Shown in pieces: positions 39,001-51,000 of a stretch of DNA of 64,000 bases. Origin of the DNA: Oculina patagonica (Eukaryota); the NCBI RefSeq assembly GCF_052425735.1, contig NC_135766.1, forward strand, positions 5,456,001 to 5,520,000. Reading direction: 5' to 3'. The notes under the pieces were generated by a model. The model was not told the DNA's origin and did not search any database. It was given only the letters and a program-made list of their open reading frames with translations. A program made the position numbers and the translations under genes. How positions within the stretch are numbered: position 1 is the stretch's first letter; the number at the start of each line of letters is the position of its first letter.

Positions 39001-42000
39001 TAATAAGAATAGTGAGAAAATATTACTAACTCCCCTGGATGGAATGTTTATCCATTAACACATTGCGGATGACGGTTTTCAGTCATAATTACAAAGTGTG
39101 CATTATGTATCTGGGTAATAAATAATTCTGACCAGAAAGCCCAAGTGCTGTGCGACAAACTCTGCTCCTGATGCTCATTCAATCCATTCATGGGTTTACT
39201 ATTTAAATGCTGCTGTTGCCAGATCTTCATCAGAAAAATCTGATATCTAGAGGGTCAGAAAAATGACAGGGACGGTCCAACATACATGTATTTTTTTTTT
39301 TAGTTGAAAATTTACACCCTCGGTATTTTTTGGGTTAAGCGATCTGTCACATATTATTTTTTTTAGGTTTGATTGAAAAATCAGTTCCGAGGTATTTAAG
39401 TCTTCTATTTTTTTGGCTAGAAACTTTTGATGCCAAGTCTTTTGGGGTGTAAAATTTCAGGCTCATGTATTTTGGGGGGGGGGGGGGTTGCAACATAAAG
39501 CTCTGTTGGACCCCCTCCCCCATCATGTATACTGCGAGTAACCCCCTGGGGCTTTGAAGAGAATAATATTATTACTTCTTGGCCCATTCCTTCAGAGTTT
39601 TTGTCACTTCCTCATTTTTTTTTTCATTGCAAATGTTGTAATTTGCCCATGTTTAGTTTCTGGGCTGTTGCTGCGGATTTGAAACCTCACCCTGTTTAGT
39701 TCCCTGTGTAGGGGAGTACCCTCTATCTAGTGCTAGTCCTGAAAATGATGAAGTGCTAACTGATGGTCTGCTAAGTTATACAGACAGGGGACAGTCTTGC
39801 AGCTATTCCATCTAAATTTGTGTCTAGAATGGGTACAGATATAATTTATAATTTATAGACCAGTGCTTATAGCTATTCAATGTGGATGTGAGGCCATGAT
39901 ACCCCAATTCATAGTCACAAAAAAATAATTCGGTTGGTCAGCGAACCGCTTTTCTATGATCCAATATTTCTTAAAGTTTTCACTTAAAACAATCTTACTT
40001 TTTTGTCCACAGCTCTGCTTTTGTTTTGCTCTGCCAATTGCTTCATTTACCATATAAAATAAAAGCGCGCCAACTCTCTCGCTCGAGAGTGTGCAGCTTT
40101 TTTCCTTTGTGCAATAATTCCTTTGGCCAACCTTTGCTTTTCAGCCCTTGATAACAGTTTTCTTTTGTTTTTCTCGCTTCTCATCCTCCGTTTTTCCTCC
40201 TACGGATCTTCACGACTAAATCGTGGCATGCATTCCTAATATTAATCGAGAGCTTTGCATTCGGATAGCGCGGGAAATTTTGGTGTTTTGGTTTGGGTAA
40301 CCGCTGTGCTCACGTTGTGCTCTTTCGGCAAAGATGCCAAATAAGGGCACGCTTTGGAGAGCCCACGGTCAAATTTCGGCGGTTTCATCTTGGTTGCTAC
40401 GAAAAAATATGGAATTGAATACGGTTTCTGATAAAGTATTACGCGGTTTTTACGGTTGAGATGCGTTTATTTCGCTTCAGAAACTATGGTATTTGATCTC
40501 ATGTAAAGAGGTAAGTTTTTATTCAATGTTTTTTTGTAGAAACCTTTTAATAATGACGCGATAAAACTTCAATACTAATGTTTTGCTTTTTACAAACGAC
40601 CTATGTAACCTCTCTCTGTTGAAACCATAAAACAAACAACTAGACTTGATTTCATTAAAGGCAGCAGTTTGAGATGGACTTATGTACAAATAACAAATTA
40701 GAAATACAATGACAAAAATCAAAAATATATAAAGTTATTTTTTAAGTTTAACACAGTCAGAACTCAGAAGTAAATAAAATATAAGCTTAACAATGGGAAA
40801 CAGAATAAATATACACAGTTCTCTTTCATCTTATATCAAAGCATCCATTTTCCATTCTTTTAACAGAGCTTTTGCATGCTTAATTTGCTTCATCAGCTCT
40901 GTTGCTTCTGGATCACTTTTTATATCTTCAGGCAATGCTAAGGTGCAATTGTGAGCCACAAAGAATTCCCTTTCCCACTCATCAAATCTTTTCTTTAATT
41001 TTCTGTGTTCACCTAAAACTTTTGATTGCACTAAAGCAAGTTTATCGCGGTAGTCATTGGCTGCCTCTTTGTCGTTTGGTTTGCTTTTGTGGCGTCTTCT
41101 GGCTTGATCTACGTTCTTAACCTCTTGCGTGGTCCCAAGTACAACTGCCACCGCTTTACAAAGTTTTGTCTGAAGTGGTGCAGCTTCTTTCTGTTGATTC
41201 TCCTGTGTTACAAAAGAAAAAAACACATAGTCACTTGCATAGCCCGTAAATCATAATTTGTTTATGTTTAAGTTCACAGATCAACAGTGATCATTACAGT
41301 TTATGGCATTATTTTCGGAGATGCTTTCTTGCTCTCTCGTCATTTTCAGCTACACAAAATTTTATAAAATATTATTTTGTAAAACATTGTAGCCAACAGT
41401 TTAAAACTATTGTTACTGGGATTTTCTTGTTGCATGACTGTTTTTGCTGTTGGTTTCACATTTGATTCTGAAAATGTATTGTCTTACATTTATTAATTGT
41501 TCTTGTTGCTTTGGAGTTGAATCGTCCCTTTTCTTTGGACAATCAGATGAACCACCTGATATGACATTGGTGTCAATTGTTCGAAGAGCTCTGTATTCCT
41601 TCCCTGCAAAAATAAGGAGTTCAATGTGTTTTAGTAAGGAAAAGTTAAAAAGTCATTCTATAGCCAAACATAAGTTTAGTAATAACAGTGCAACTCTCTA
41701 AAGTAGATGTTATTTTCAAGTTAATATGTGAGTTATCATTCCCAGGCTCTAATTTCAAGTAAGCACCCTTCATACCCATTGTTTCTGTAACAGAACAGTT
41801 AATTCCAATCATGATGTTTTTGTTTTACATGTAGTTCTAAAAGTGGCCCTACTAATGTTTAAAACATTAGAGGGGAGGGTACATCTGTAAGTTGACAACT
41901 TTAAAATTACTAATTAAGAATATAATTTAGCAAGAGTCTTTGACTTAAGGCCACAAAAAAATAGCTTACATGTACCTAAGGTTATGGCTTCATCCAGATG

Positions 42001-45000
42001 ATTTGTGGCTAAGCTTGCTTCTGGTAAGGCATCGTCTTCAAAGTCAATGGTCTGATCTCCTCCAATTAGCCTCAAGTCCACCACTAAGCCCACAGGGTTG
42101 TCTTCTTCCATGTCATCTTCCACTGCATCGCAAGGGCCTATCAGTGTTGATTGCTCGCCATTATCTTCCAATAACATGTCTTCAGCTTCAGCTTGATCTG
42201 GAGGTTTATGCAAAGCAATTAATTCATCGAACAATGGACCAGTCAAATAGTCCGTGTAGATTCGCCTTACATTGCCCTCTTCATCTTCGTCACGAACCAG
42301 GTATGTTGGAATTATCACTTCCTCCTGTAGGCATTGTTGCCAACATCCCATCAAGTGCTGCTCCTCATTCTTAAAGTTACTTGACCTGAAGTGGTGCAGT
42401 GTGGGGCCCTCACCACGGAACTCGTCTTCACCACAGGCATCAAAGAATTCAACAAAGTCCTCATCTTGAGTCCACCACACACCCTCTCCTGGCAACAAAA
42501 AATCACTTATCCTTTCCAAATGTGCCTGCCATGAACTTGAATATTTCTTGATGATGGCCTTTGGAATTTTTGTGTTTCTCTGTGGTGGAAGTGAATGCGC
42601 CAAACGTGAAACTTGTGACTGCTGCTTTTCAACACAGTTCATTGACCTTCCTAACTTTTCTTCAGCTTGCAAACGAATGAATATGTTGCTTATGATGTGG
42701 GCAGGGCGATAGCAGGATGTTGTGTTAGTGATTGACTTGACTGTGTTGAATGTTCTCTCTTCTTCCTCTGCATTTGAAGTGCGTCCTGATACAAGTCGTA
42801 ATTGAAGTGGTGCATGGGCTGTTAAGTCATGTAAGTACGTGCCATAAAACTTCCGTACAGTCTTTTTCTTAAGCTTAAAGCCAACAATCTCTCGGCACAG
42901 TGTGTGGTGATACCAGCTGGAATTGTGGTAGCGGAGTATCAGTCTTGGAGATCTGCATTTATCTTCCTTGTAAAGGATGTCTTGCATATCAACCAGTGTG
43001 TCAAGCAGGCTTTGTACCCTCTGGCTAGCTGTTCCCCGTACATACAAAGATGTTGTTATCAGAGAGCAGCGGAAATCAACAGCTCTTTTTGTTTCTTTTT
43101 TGCCAGTTGTTAGGCTTACTGCTTCCTCTAGCTTCTGTTTACATTTTTCATCCTGGATGTGTGATGGTAGCTCCGTGAGTAAGTTGTCGATGTGATGTGC
43201 AATGTCATGCATTGGTTCACATGAGAGTATTTCATAACTTCCCAGATTTAAAGATTCTAGTGAACTACTTGGGCTGTTGAAGAGGAGAGCTGGCACTCGG
43301 CTTACACCATGGAGATTTTCATCCAAGAGATCTTGTAATTCCTTTTTGTTGTTTCCCTCAAATATTCCCCTCCCTCCTAGTTCTAATTCTAGCTCTTCTC
43401 TTGCTAATGCATTGAATGGTTTAGGCTTTTGAAGGAGAGAGTTTCTCTTTCCTATAGCTCCTTGCATTACTATCTTTTGCCGGTCTTCTAAAGAAACTGC
43501 TTCGCAGCGGAAGCAGTAGTCAAGCTCACACACTCTGAGTGCATGTGCTCCACATCCAGAACAGTAGTAGTGGCCTCCTTTTTGTTGTCCACTCTCAAAT
43601 TCACGTGAGGGAGAGTCCCCATGAAAGAATCTCATGATGTCCTTAATTTCAACCCCATCTTTGGTTTTTAGATTTCTTTGAAGGTGCTGGAGACAACAAA
43701 GGCGTGTTTCCACATACGCAAGCTGCTCAACATCACAGCTCCTACACCTTGCAACGATGTAAACATGGGGCTTTTCTACTTCTGTCTGGATGTTCAGTAC
43801 CTTTCCTGAAGCTGCTTTGTACTCATCATCTGACATGTAGATGGCAGGGTCATAGAGGCAGTTGACTGTGAATATGATGTGGCCAGTATTTGCAAGTGTT
43901 GAGTGGTCATGCCATATTTGGAGGTGTCTTGTGGTGGATATTTTCTGCAATTTCTTCCTCATTTTCGTGAGTCCATCATCTGGGTTGTATTCATTTAGTC
44001 TCGTTAGTTGGGTAATGACATCCTCTCTAGACATTTCTGAGTAGTACTCATCAGGCTTAACTTTCATGAACTTTTCATGCACTTCCAGTGTTTTCCTTCT
44101 TATTTCTTCAAGAGGCTGTTTTCTTCCTTGAACAGTGAAAGTTGTTGTGTGAATCTTGCCATCTGCATCAATGATCAGCTTTTCATACTAAAATAAGAAA
44201 AATAGTAGTATCCGTATGGTTAATAAAGCAGAACACCACAACAACTCAACCATAGTGCTAACATAACACCTTATTGCATTGCATGACTGCCTTGTTCTTT
44301 ATTTACACAAATTATGCACTCTATCAGAATATTTGTTTTTACTAAAGCCAATCTCATTTTATTTTAAGAAGTACTACAAGAAACTCCATTGATTGTCGGA
44401 CATTTTTTTGCAGAGTATTATTGTGAAGTTCTACTTGACAAGACTTCAATCACTGTAGACCTTGAGCCAGATTTGAGAGCTTATCCCTCTCAAAGGTAAT
44501 GACATATGTATTTGCATTTATTTTTGTCCACGAGTGGAATTTATTATTTTATTTATTCCTTCATTCCACTGTGTGGTCATTACTAGGGACAGTAATGTGA
44601 TGATTTATTTATCAATGACTTATCTTTTCGAAGAAATGAAATGAATTTAATCTTATTCATTCACATGCTCACCTCTCTAGGAACTATGAGCTCTCCAACT
44701 GTGAATTCCCCTTGTTGAATTTTGAGCTTGAGCTTTTGCTTTAAGCTGTCATTGGTTTCTGGTGTGGGGAGGGAAATTTCACCACCAAGTCCTTTCAGCT
44801 TCTTTCTTCGTGGTTGTCGCTCATTTTCTGAGGGACGGTTAAACCGGTGCAGGTTGACACCCTGAGAAATGAGCCATTCCTGAGCGATTTGGCCACCATT
44901 TTTAGCAATCTGCCCCTTCTTGTTTTTGATTTGATATCTTCTTGCTAGCTCAGACCAGTTGACCTTCGTTTCATCTCCATATCCTTCCACTTCATTCTTT

Positions 45001-48000
45001 AAGCCATCCTTGTCCCATGTCATTGCCTCAAAATTACCAGCATGACGTTTCCTTTTAACGACAGGTGTTTCATCAAGCTCTGAACTTGTCTCCTTTCTTT
45101 TCATTGCAGCGTGCTTTCCTTCAAATGACGAATCAAGACGCTCTCGTTGCCTTGCAGCATATGATTGTCGCCCACCAAGACACCTGAAAGATCAATGACA
45201 GATTTTACTTTTAACTTTAGAATTATGTTCATGTGCATTTCCCTGTTCTTGTTGAAGTCAGTGCCCATTCAGGGCACGTATCATATTCATGTCGCAATTT
45301 GCATATAGTGTGAGTGTTAATAACTATTCTTTTGTAATTCAAGAAAGGCGCACAGAAGCATACAGTGATAGTGATTGACAGGTGATACACGTAGACCTAA
45401 GAATGATGGCAAAAATAAAGATTTTTTCTCCATGTTAGAATGCTAATTATTGGCTTCATATATTTATCAATTTTACTTCCCCCTCCCCTCGCCTAAACCT
45501 GATAATTACCTCAAGAGGGAAGTCTTCTCCCATTCGTCTTCCACTTTCTGTTTGAAACTTCTGTAAGAAGCTCTCCTTTCTCTCTTGGCTTCTGTTGGAC
45601 TCTTCCTCTTTTGAAGCTGGAGCTCTGGGATTTTGGTTAACACCTCGCCAAATGATGTACTACACGCTTTCTGGAAGGTAGCATCTATTTTATCATACAG
45701 AGCCCTCGCAATTTGTTTGGCTTCCCCTGCCTTGCATGGCTTGATCTTAGCCTCTTTGCCAGCAATAAAAAATGGATTCTTCTTTGCCATTCCCACAAAC
45801 TGATTTGACTTCACGGGGAGTAATGCCTGAATTTGAGGATAGCGATGATAGCACCCTTTGCAGTTTGCAAACGAATGCTCAGATTTTAACGTGGGCGCCA
45901 TTTTTTCCCAGTTTTGAATAGTGAATGTTTCTAAGTACTTTTCCTTCTCGTCCTTTTTTCTTGGGTTCCAGCTGCTAAACAAATCTCGGAGAGCTGGTAT
46001 TTTCTTCTGAAATTTCAAAAAGTCAATGGCAAATGCCTCTGATCTCTCCTTGAAAACTTCGTTGTACCTCTTGAAGCACTCCTGCATTGACCGCGCTCTG
46101 AATTTCGCTGTTCCCTCTCCATTTTCCCGGCGAAATGTTTTCGATGCCTCTCTCGCTATTTCTAAAGCAGCCACTCGGGCAAAGCCGCAACTTGTTGGGC
46201 AAATAAGGGTAGCAACCATTTTGACTTTGAAGGAAAATCGTTTGCTAAGCCAATTCGTACTAAGTACTGCGTTTGAAGTTGGCGCTCTTTTAACTGAGCG
46301 GTACATTATATGCCCACATAAATTATGAAAAGATCCTAGATCAGATTTCGATGGTTTATTATTTCACCATTAGAGAGGTTTAGAGAAAAAATACATTTGA
46401 CATCGGCAAACTGAATGCAGCTTAATGTCATTATACCTTTATTTGACTCCGAGCAATGTCTGAAACAGCCACAAATACTGTTAGTTGTTCACGTTACTTA
46501 AAGAAATTGTTTTTAAAATACCCCAAAAACTACACCTCGTAAATTTAGACCCTACTTTGGTAAAAATAGTACGTTTCTTCCGTTGATTTCTTCAAAAGAA
46601 GTAGCATCTCTCCTTCGTCCGCCATCTTGCTTGCCTTCCAAATTGCCATAGCAACAGAGACATCCGCTGTTTCTAAAACCCGTAGGTTCACAAAAAAAAT
46701 GGCGCCCAAAAACAAACCGAAGTACGACTCGCGAACCTCTGCTGCAGGAGCATTTTATTCGCACCTTAGCTGCGTGTTTGTCACAGAATATTTACATGGA
46801 ACCTCAGTCAACATGTTGTTGACTGGAAAGGCTGCATTGAAGCACTAGATAAAAATCAGTTAGGAAGAGATTTTCCACCTTCTATCAGAAAGTGCCTAAA
46901 TTTCTTGTAGCACACTAAACCGAAAGCTTAGACTTCCTTGCCAGTAAGTTTAAGACTTCTCATCCCATCAACTACTCTCCTCAAGCGTTTGGCATCTTGA
47001 GGCAAGCACAAAGTGCTCTTGCAAGGCAAGCATATTAAATTGGCGGGAAAATATACGTTAAAGTGTCACGTGACAGTTCTCTACTGACAGTTTGTGTTGG
47101 AAAAAAAAGGAAAAAAAATATCTAAGTATTTAAGCCCACCATGAGCCATATACACCCATTTTTAATTTTTAAATAATTTTTTTTATTATTTTATCCATTT
47201 TCAACCCTGACCCAGGCCTTAACGTAGCTGAGCTCCCTTCCCTATCCTCGTTCCCTTGATGAGAGTGGACTATACATAAAAGGGACTGGTTGGATTTGTC
47301 GGCTCTTGTTCTCACATAATTCGGACTTAACGTTCTTCTCTTAACGTACTGTAGCTGCAGTCAGTAACATCAAGACTGACAGACTTACAAATCAAGATTG
47401 CGTGATCCCACCAGTCGATAGAACACTCATCAAACTTGAGATCTCCTGGCATCTTCAACTCTATCACGTGACTGGGTCCCGCTAGTGACCAGGCCAACAA
47501 GTAGACTATGTACAGCGCCATAATGGGAGCAAGGCGCTGGAGAAGATGGCGGTCAGTGAGTTTGATCTTCTGAGCAGATTTCACGCGGAAAATCACGGAA
47601 ATCCTACAAAAGAAAATCAGTGATTATTCAGTTAGCTTACGTTTTAACAAAACAATATTGCAGGATACACCTTCTTGCGACAATAAGTTTCTTGACTCTT
47701 TGAGCCTGTGCTTGACAAATGACAGGAGTCCATTAGGAAATGAGGATGACTAACAATGGCAAAGATGGAAATAGATTCAAATAAACGAAAAAAAGTAAAC
47801 GTTACTTTTAAGACTTCAGCCCAGACTTGCAAAAAGGAAACAATAAACTTAAAGTTATTATAACACGGGACTCCGTTAAAACATTGAGTTAACGAGCCCT
47901 GTACTTGTCATAGCTTTTTATAAATAGCAGTCATGCAACCTCTGACGGAAAGCCCCCCAAAAGAAACTAAGCTTGACTTCCATGTCTCGCTACCCATGTT

Positions 48001-51000
48001 TTCGCCTGTCACGCAATCTCAAAGAAACTCACCTCCACGTTTTTAGGAGAAGAGAGGTGAAACCAAGCCCAAATCCAATATGGCGAAACCACAGCCGAAC
48101 GATACATAATGAGTTCTGCGGCTCGGGGTACTCCACAAGAATCTACATTGAAAAAAATAGTAAGGTTATTCTAATTAAGGAGAATTTCTACTGTAGTTAA
48201 ACCTCAGGGATGAAAATCAACAAGACTGGCGAATGCAAAATACCTGACAGTCAACTCAACCCACATTTTACGGTAAACGTTAACCGAGGAACTATAACCA
48301 TACGCATCTGTATTAGTGTTTCTGTTTAAAAAAACACGTGACTGAACTTACCTCACAGTACTGCAAGATACATCCCGCTAATATGATGATAAGAAAATGA
48401 GGACTTGCTGTCTTCACCACCTGTTAGCACGAGGAAAACACGTGGTCTTATCACTCGGTTGTTACGCAGTGTTAACTACTAAGTAGGGGATCTGGCCACC
48501 GAACCACCGTACGTATGATAGTATAGGTTATTGAAATATTCAAGTCTGCATATATTCAGTCAAACCACACACGGTAAAGTTTTTACATGTAACAGAATGG
48601 GTGCACTGGATTCCCTATGTGTTCTTCAAACTCGTCGCCAAAGCCCGCAAGATCATGAGCTCTGGCCATACCCAATTTTTCCACAAATCTGATTGGCTGG
48701 TAAGGCAAAATAAAAGGCGTAAGTTCAGAAAATTCGTGACTTGCTGGAAGTCGTGAACTTGGTGCTGAGCAAATAGATTGGGGAGTAGCTCTCGCAAGAT
48801 CTCACATGAATGGCTCGCTGCCATTCGAGAGAACAATAGAACAAACAACAGGAACAATGTCTTTAGCCCCCAAAACAATAGCAACTGCTACACTAGAGGA
48901 CCTGTGGGATTACAAGCCTACGAGGGCTGCTACACTACTGACCAAAGAATAGCAGGCAGTGGGGTCGAGATTGTCTTATGAAGCCTGACTCTCTCACCTT
49001 CAAATCTCGAAAGTAGACAATAAATACAATTATCCCAATGGCAGCTAGAATGGTGACAACAGTCAACCCCATCAGCGCTTTCCTTAGCGGCCAGCTCAAC
49101 GTCACAATACACGGCGAATCATCCACGCACTTGTCACAACCAGGCTGGCACTGGATGCATTGATAGGAATCTGGGTTCGAGTGATAGCTGTTACTCTGGT
49201 CAGCGGCCGCCGCCTCGATGACGGAGCCGTTGAAATATTTATCATGAGTTGTGACGTTGGGAAAGAAGTAGCCAGGCTTACAGGCGCACCTGTACGAACC
49301 TGCTCTAAAACCCAGTCCACTCACAAACTCGCACTGCAATAAAATAAAACAATATCCCGTTGATAAGACATACCAGTTAAAGCGTAAGTTTATTTCGTTT
49401 TAGCATGACTTACAAAGCACAGAAAAAATTCTTGCACAAAAAAAGGTGAAGGAAAAAATAACACGTACAACAAGCCCAAGAAACAAAAAAAACTAAAAGT
49501 AAATAAAAAACCTTGCACACAACTAAAAGACAGAAAAAAGTTCGAGCTCAGAAAATTTGCCAAATTTCCCGTCCCTAAGTAAACCATGCACTTATCTGGT
49601 CAAAACGTTGACAAAACGAAACTGGCTGTCGTTTAAGGGATTTGTAACCCTGTCCGTTTCTTCCCCATCCTGGATCTTACCTGCGTGGTTTCATTTTTAC
49701 AGCGATGAGTGCCGGCGAAAATTTCGAACTGGAACTGGCCCCCAGATTCCTTGTCACATTGGTTTATGTCCACATTCGTGAGTGCAATGTCAATTGTGGT
49801 CATGCCCCTGAAAAAAGAAAATAAAAAAGACAAACGAACTCGTAAGAATGTCTGCAAACGAATGCAGTGTTTTTTCTCAGTGTTTGCGTGACGGTCACAC
49901 ACCGCCTTGTCGTTCGTAACACGTGTTAGTATTTTCCAATCTGAACTATCCTTGTTCCTATTCGGTTTATTACCTTTGAAGTTTGTCTACCTCAGTTAAC
50001 TTTATTCGAGTTTCGAGTAAAGATATCTTAGTCCGGGTGGGGGGGGGGGGGGGGGCGGGAGTGGTGGGGTCTCTTATACGAGAGGGGCGGGGATGCTCGT
50101 CGTCTCGCTTAGGGGTGTAAATGTCGGATTTTTGGTCTCACTTAGGGTGTTCTGGGCAAAACGCCATTATTTTTTGCCGTCAAAGACTCGTTTAGGGTTG
50201 CACAAGAAAAATCTACAGAAAACAAATCCTATTTTTTTAGTATTTTGAAGCAGCTTGAGTCAAGCCCAGATTGTTCTCTTTCAGGGGTTCTTTTTAAAAC
50301 GTGGGACGAGCATCCCAGCCCCTTCAAATTGGAGTCTCCCCGGGATTTAAGTACATTTCGAAAAATGCTTTAATGAAACGCAGCTAGCTAGACGCAGACC
50401 TGTGTGTCTATTCATTAACAAATCAAATTCTTATAACTGGTTCAATATGGAATGTGTAAAAACCAGTTTGGAGAATTCATGTTAAAACCAGGATGAAATA
50501 CATATCATATAGCTTCTTTTCTTGTTCTAATAATTCCTTTTCTGAGTAGGTTGAGGGCCCCAACAGGTTTTTCGGGATCTGGGATTTTCAGTGTGCTTAT
50601 TTAAAGGCCGGGATCTAGGATTTTGGAGGAAAACGGAAGCGAGATTCGGGATGCTCTAGTATGAAGTAAAAAGGGTTAGATTATTACTGGCAAAAACCAA
50701 CAACAGTATTTTAGACGTGCATAATTAATCCAGGAAATCTCTAAATAAAGCAAATTTTGGAAACGTCCCAATTACAATTTCAATTAATAATTTGATAATT
50801 TTAAACAGCCGCAAAGCTGCGGAATTTCGTGTCAACTTACATGAAGGAGATTGGTCCATTCTTGTCCCAGTTGCCCAGTATAGGAGAGGTGTAAGTGATG
50901 ACCCATGCTCTGACCGCGGTACATTCATAATAGGGCCGACTCCACAAGCCGTCAATGGACTCCACAAACTCATGCGTCAGTTTCAGTGGCTGTGGTGCAT

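Larger units (their letters stand above)
36715..47218 (-). mobile_element. 10.5-kb DNA transposon with TTAA TSD and short TIRs, encoding a DDE transposase and a decayed kinase
   Basis: TTAA(36711-36714)|GGCCTGGGTCAAGG ... CCCTGACCCAGGCC|TTAA(47219-47222). It fills GPCR intron 6 and leaves about 364 bp when removed. Confidence 0.88.

Noticed and set aside
41914-44082. Calling the transposase a true RAG1/RAG1L or the element a ProtoRAG
   Set aside because: Only the motif order and a few local motifs match. There is no RING or nonamer-binding similarity, no RAG2-like gene and no CACAGTG-type termini.
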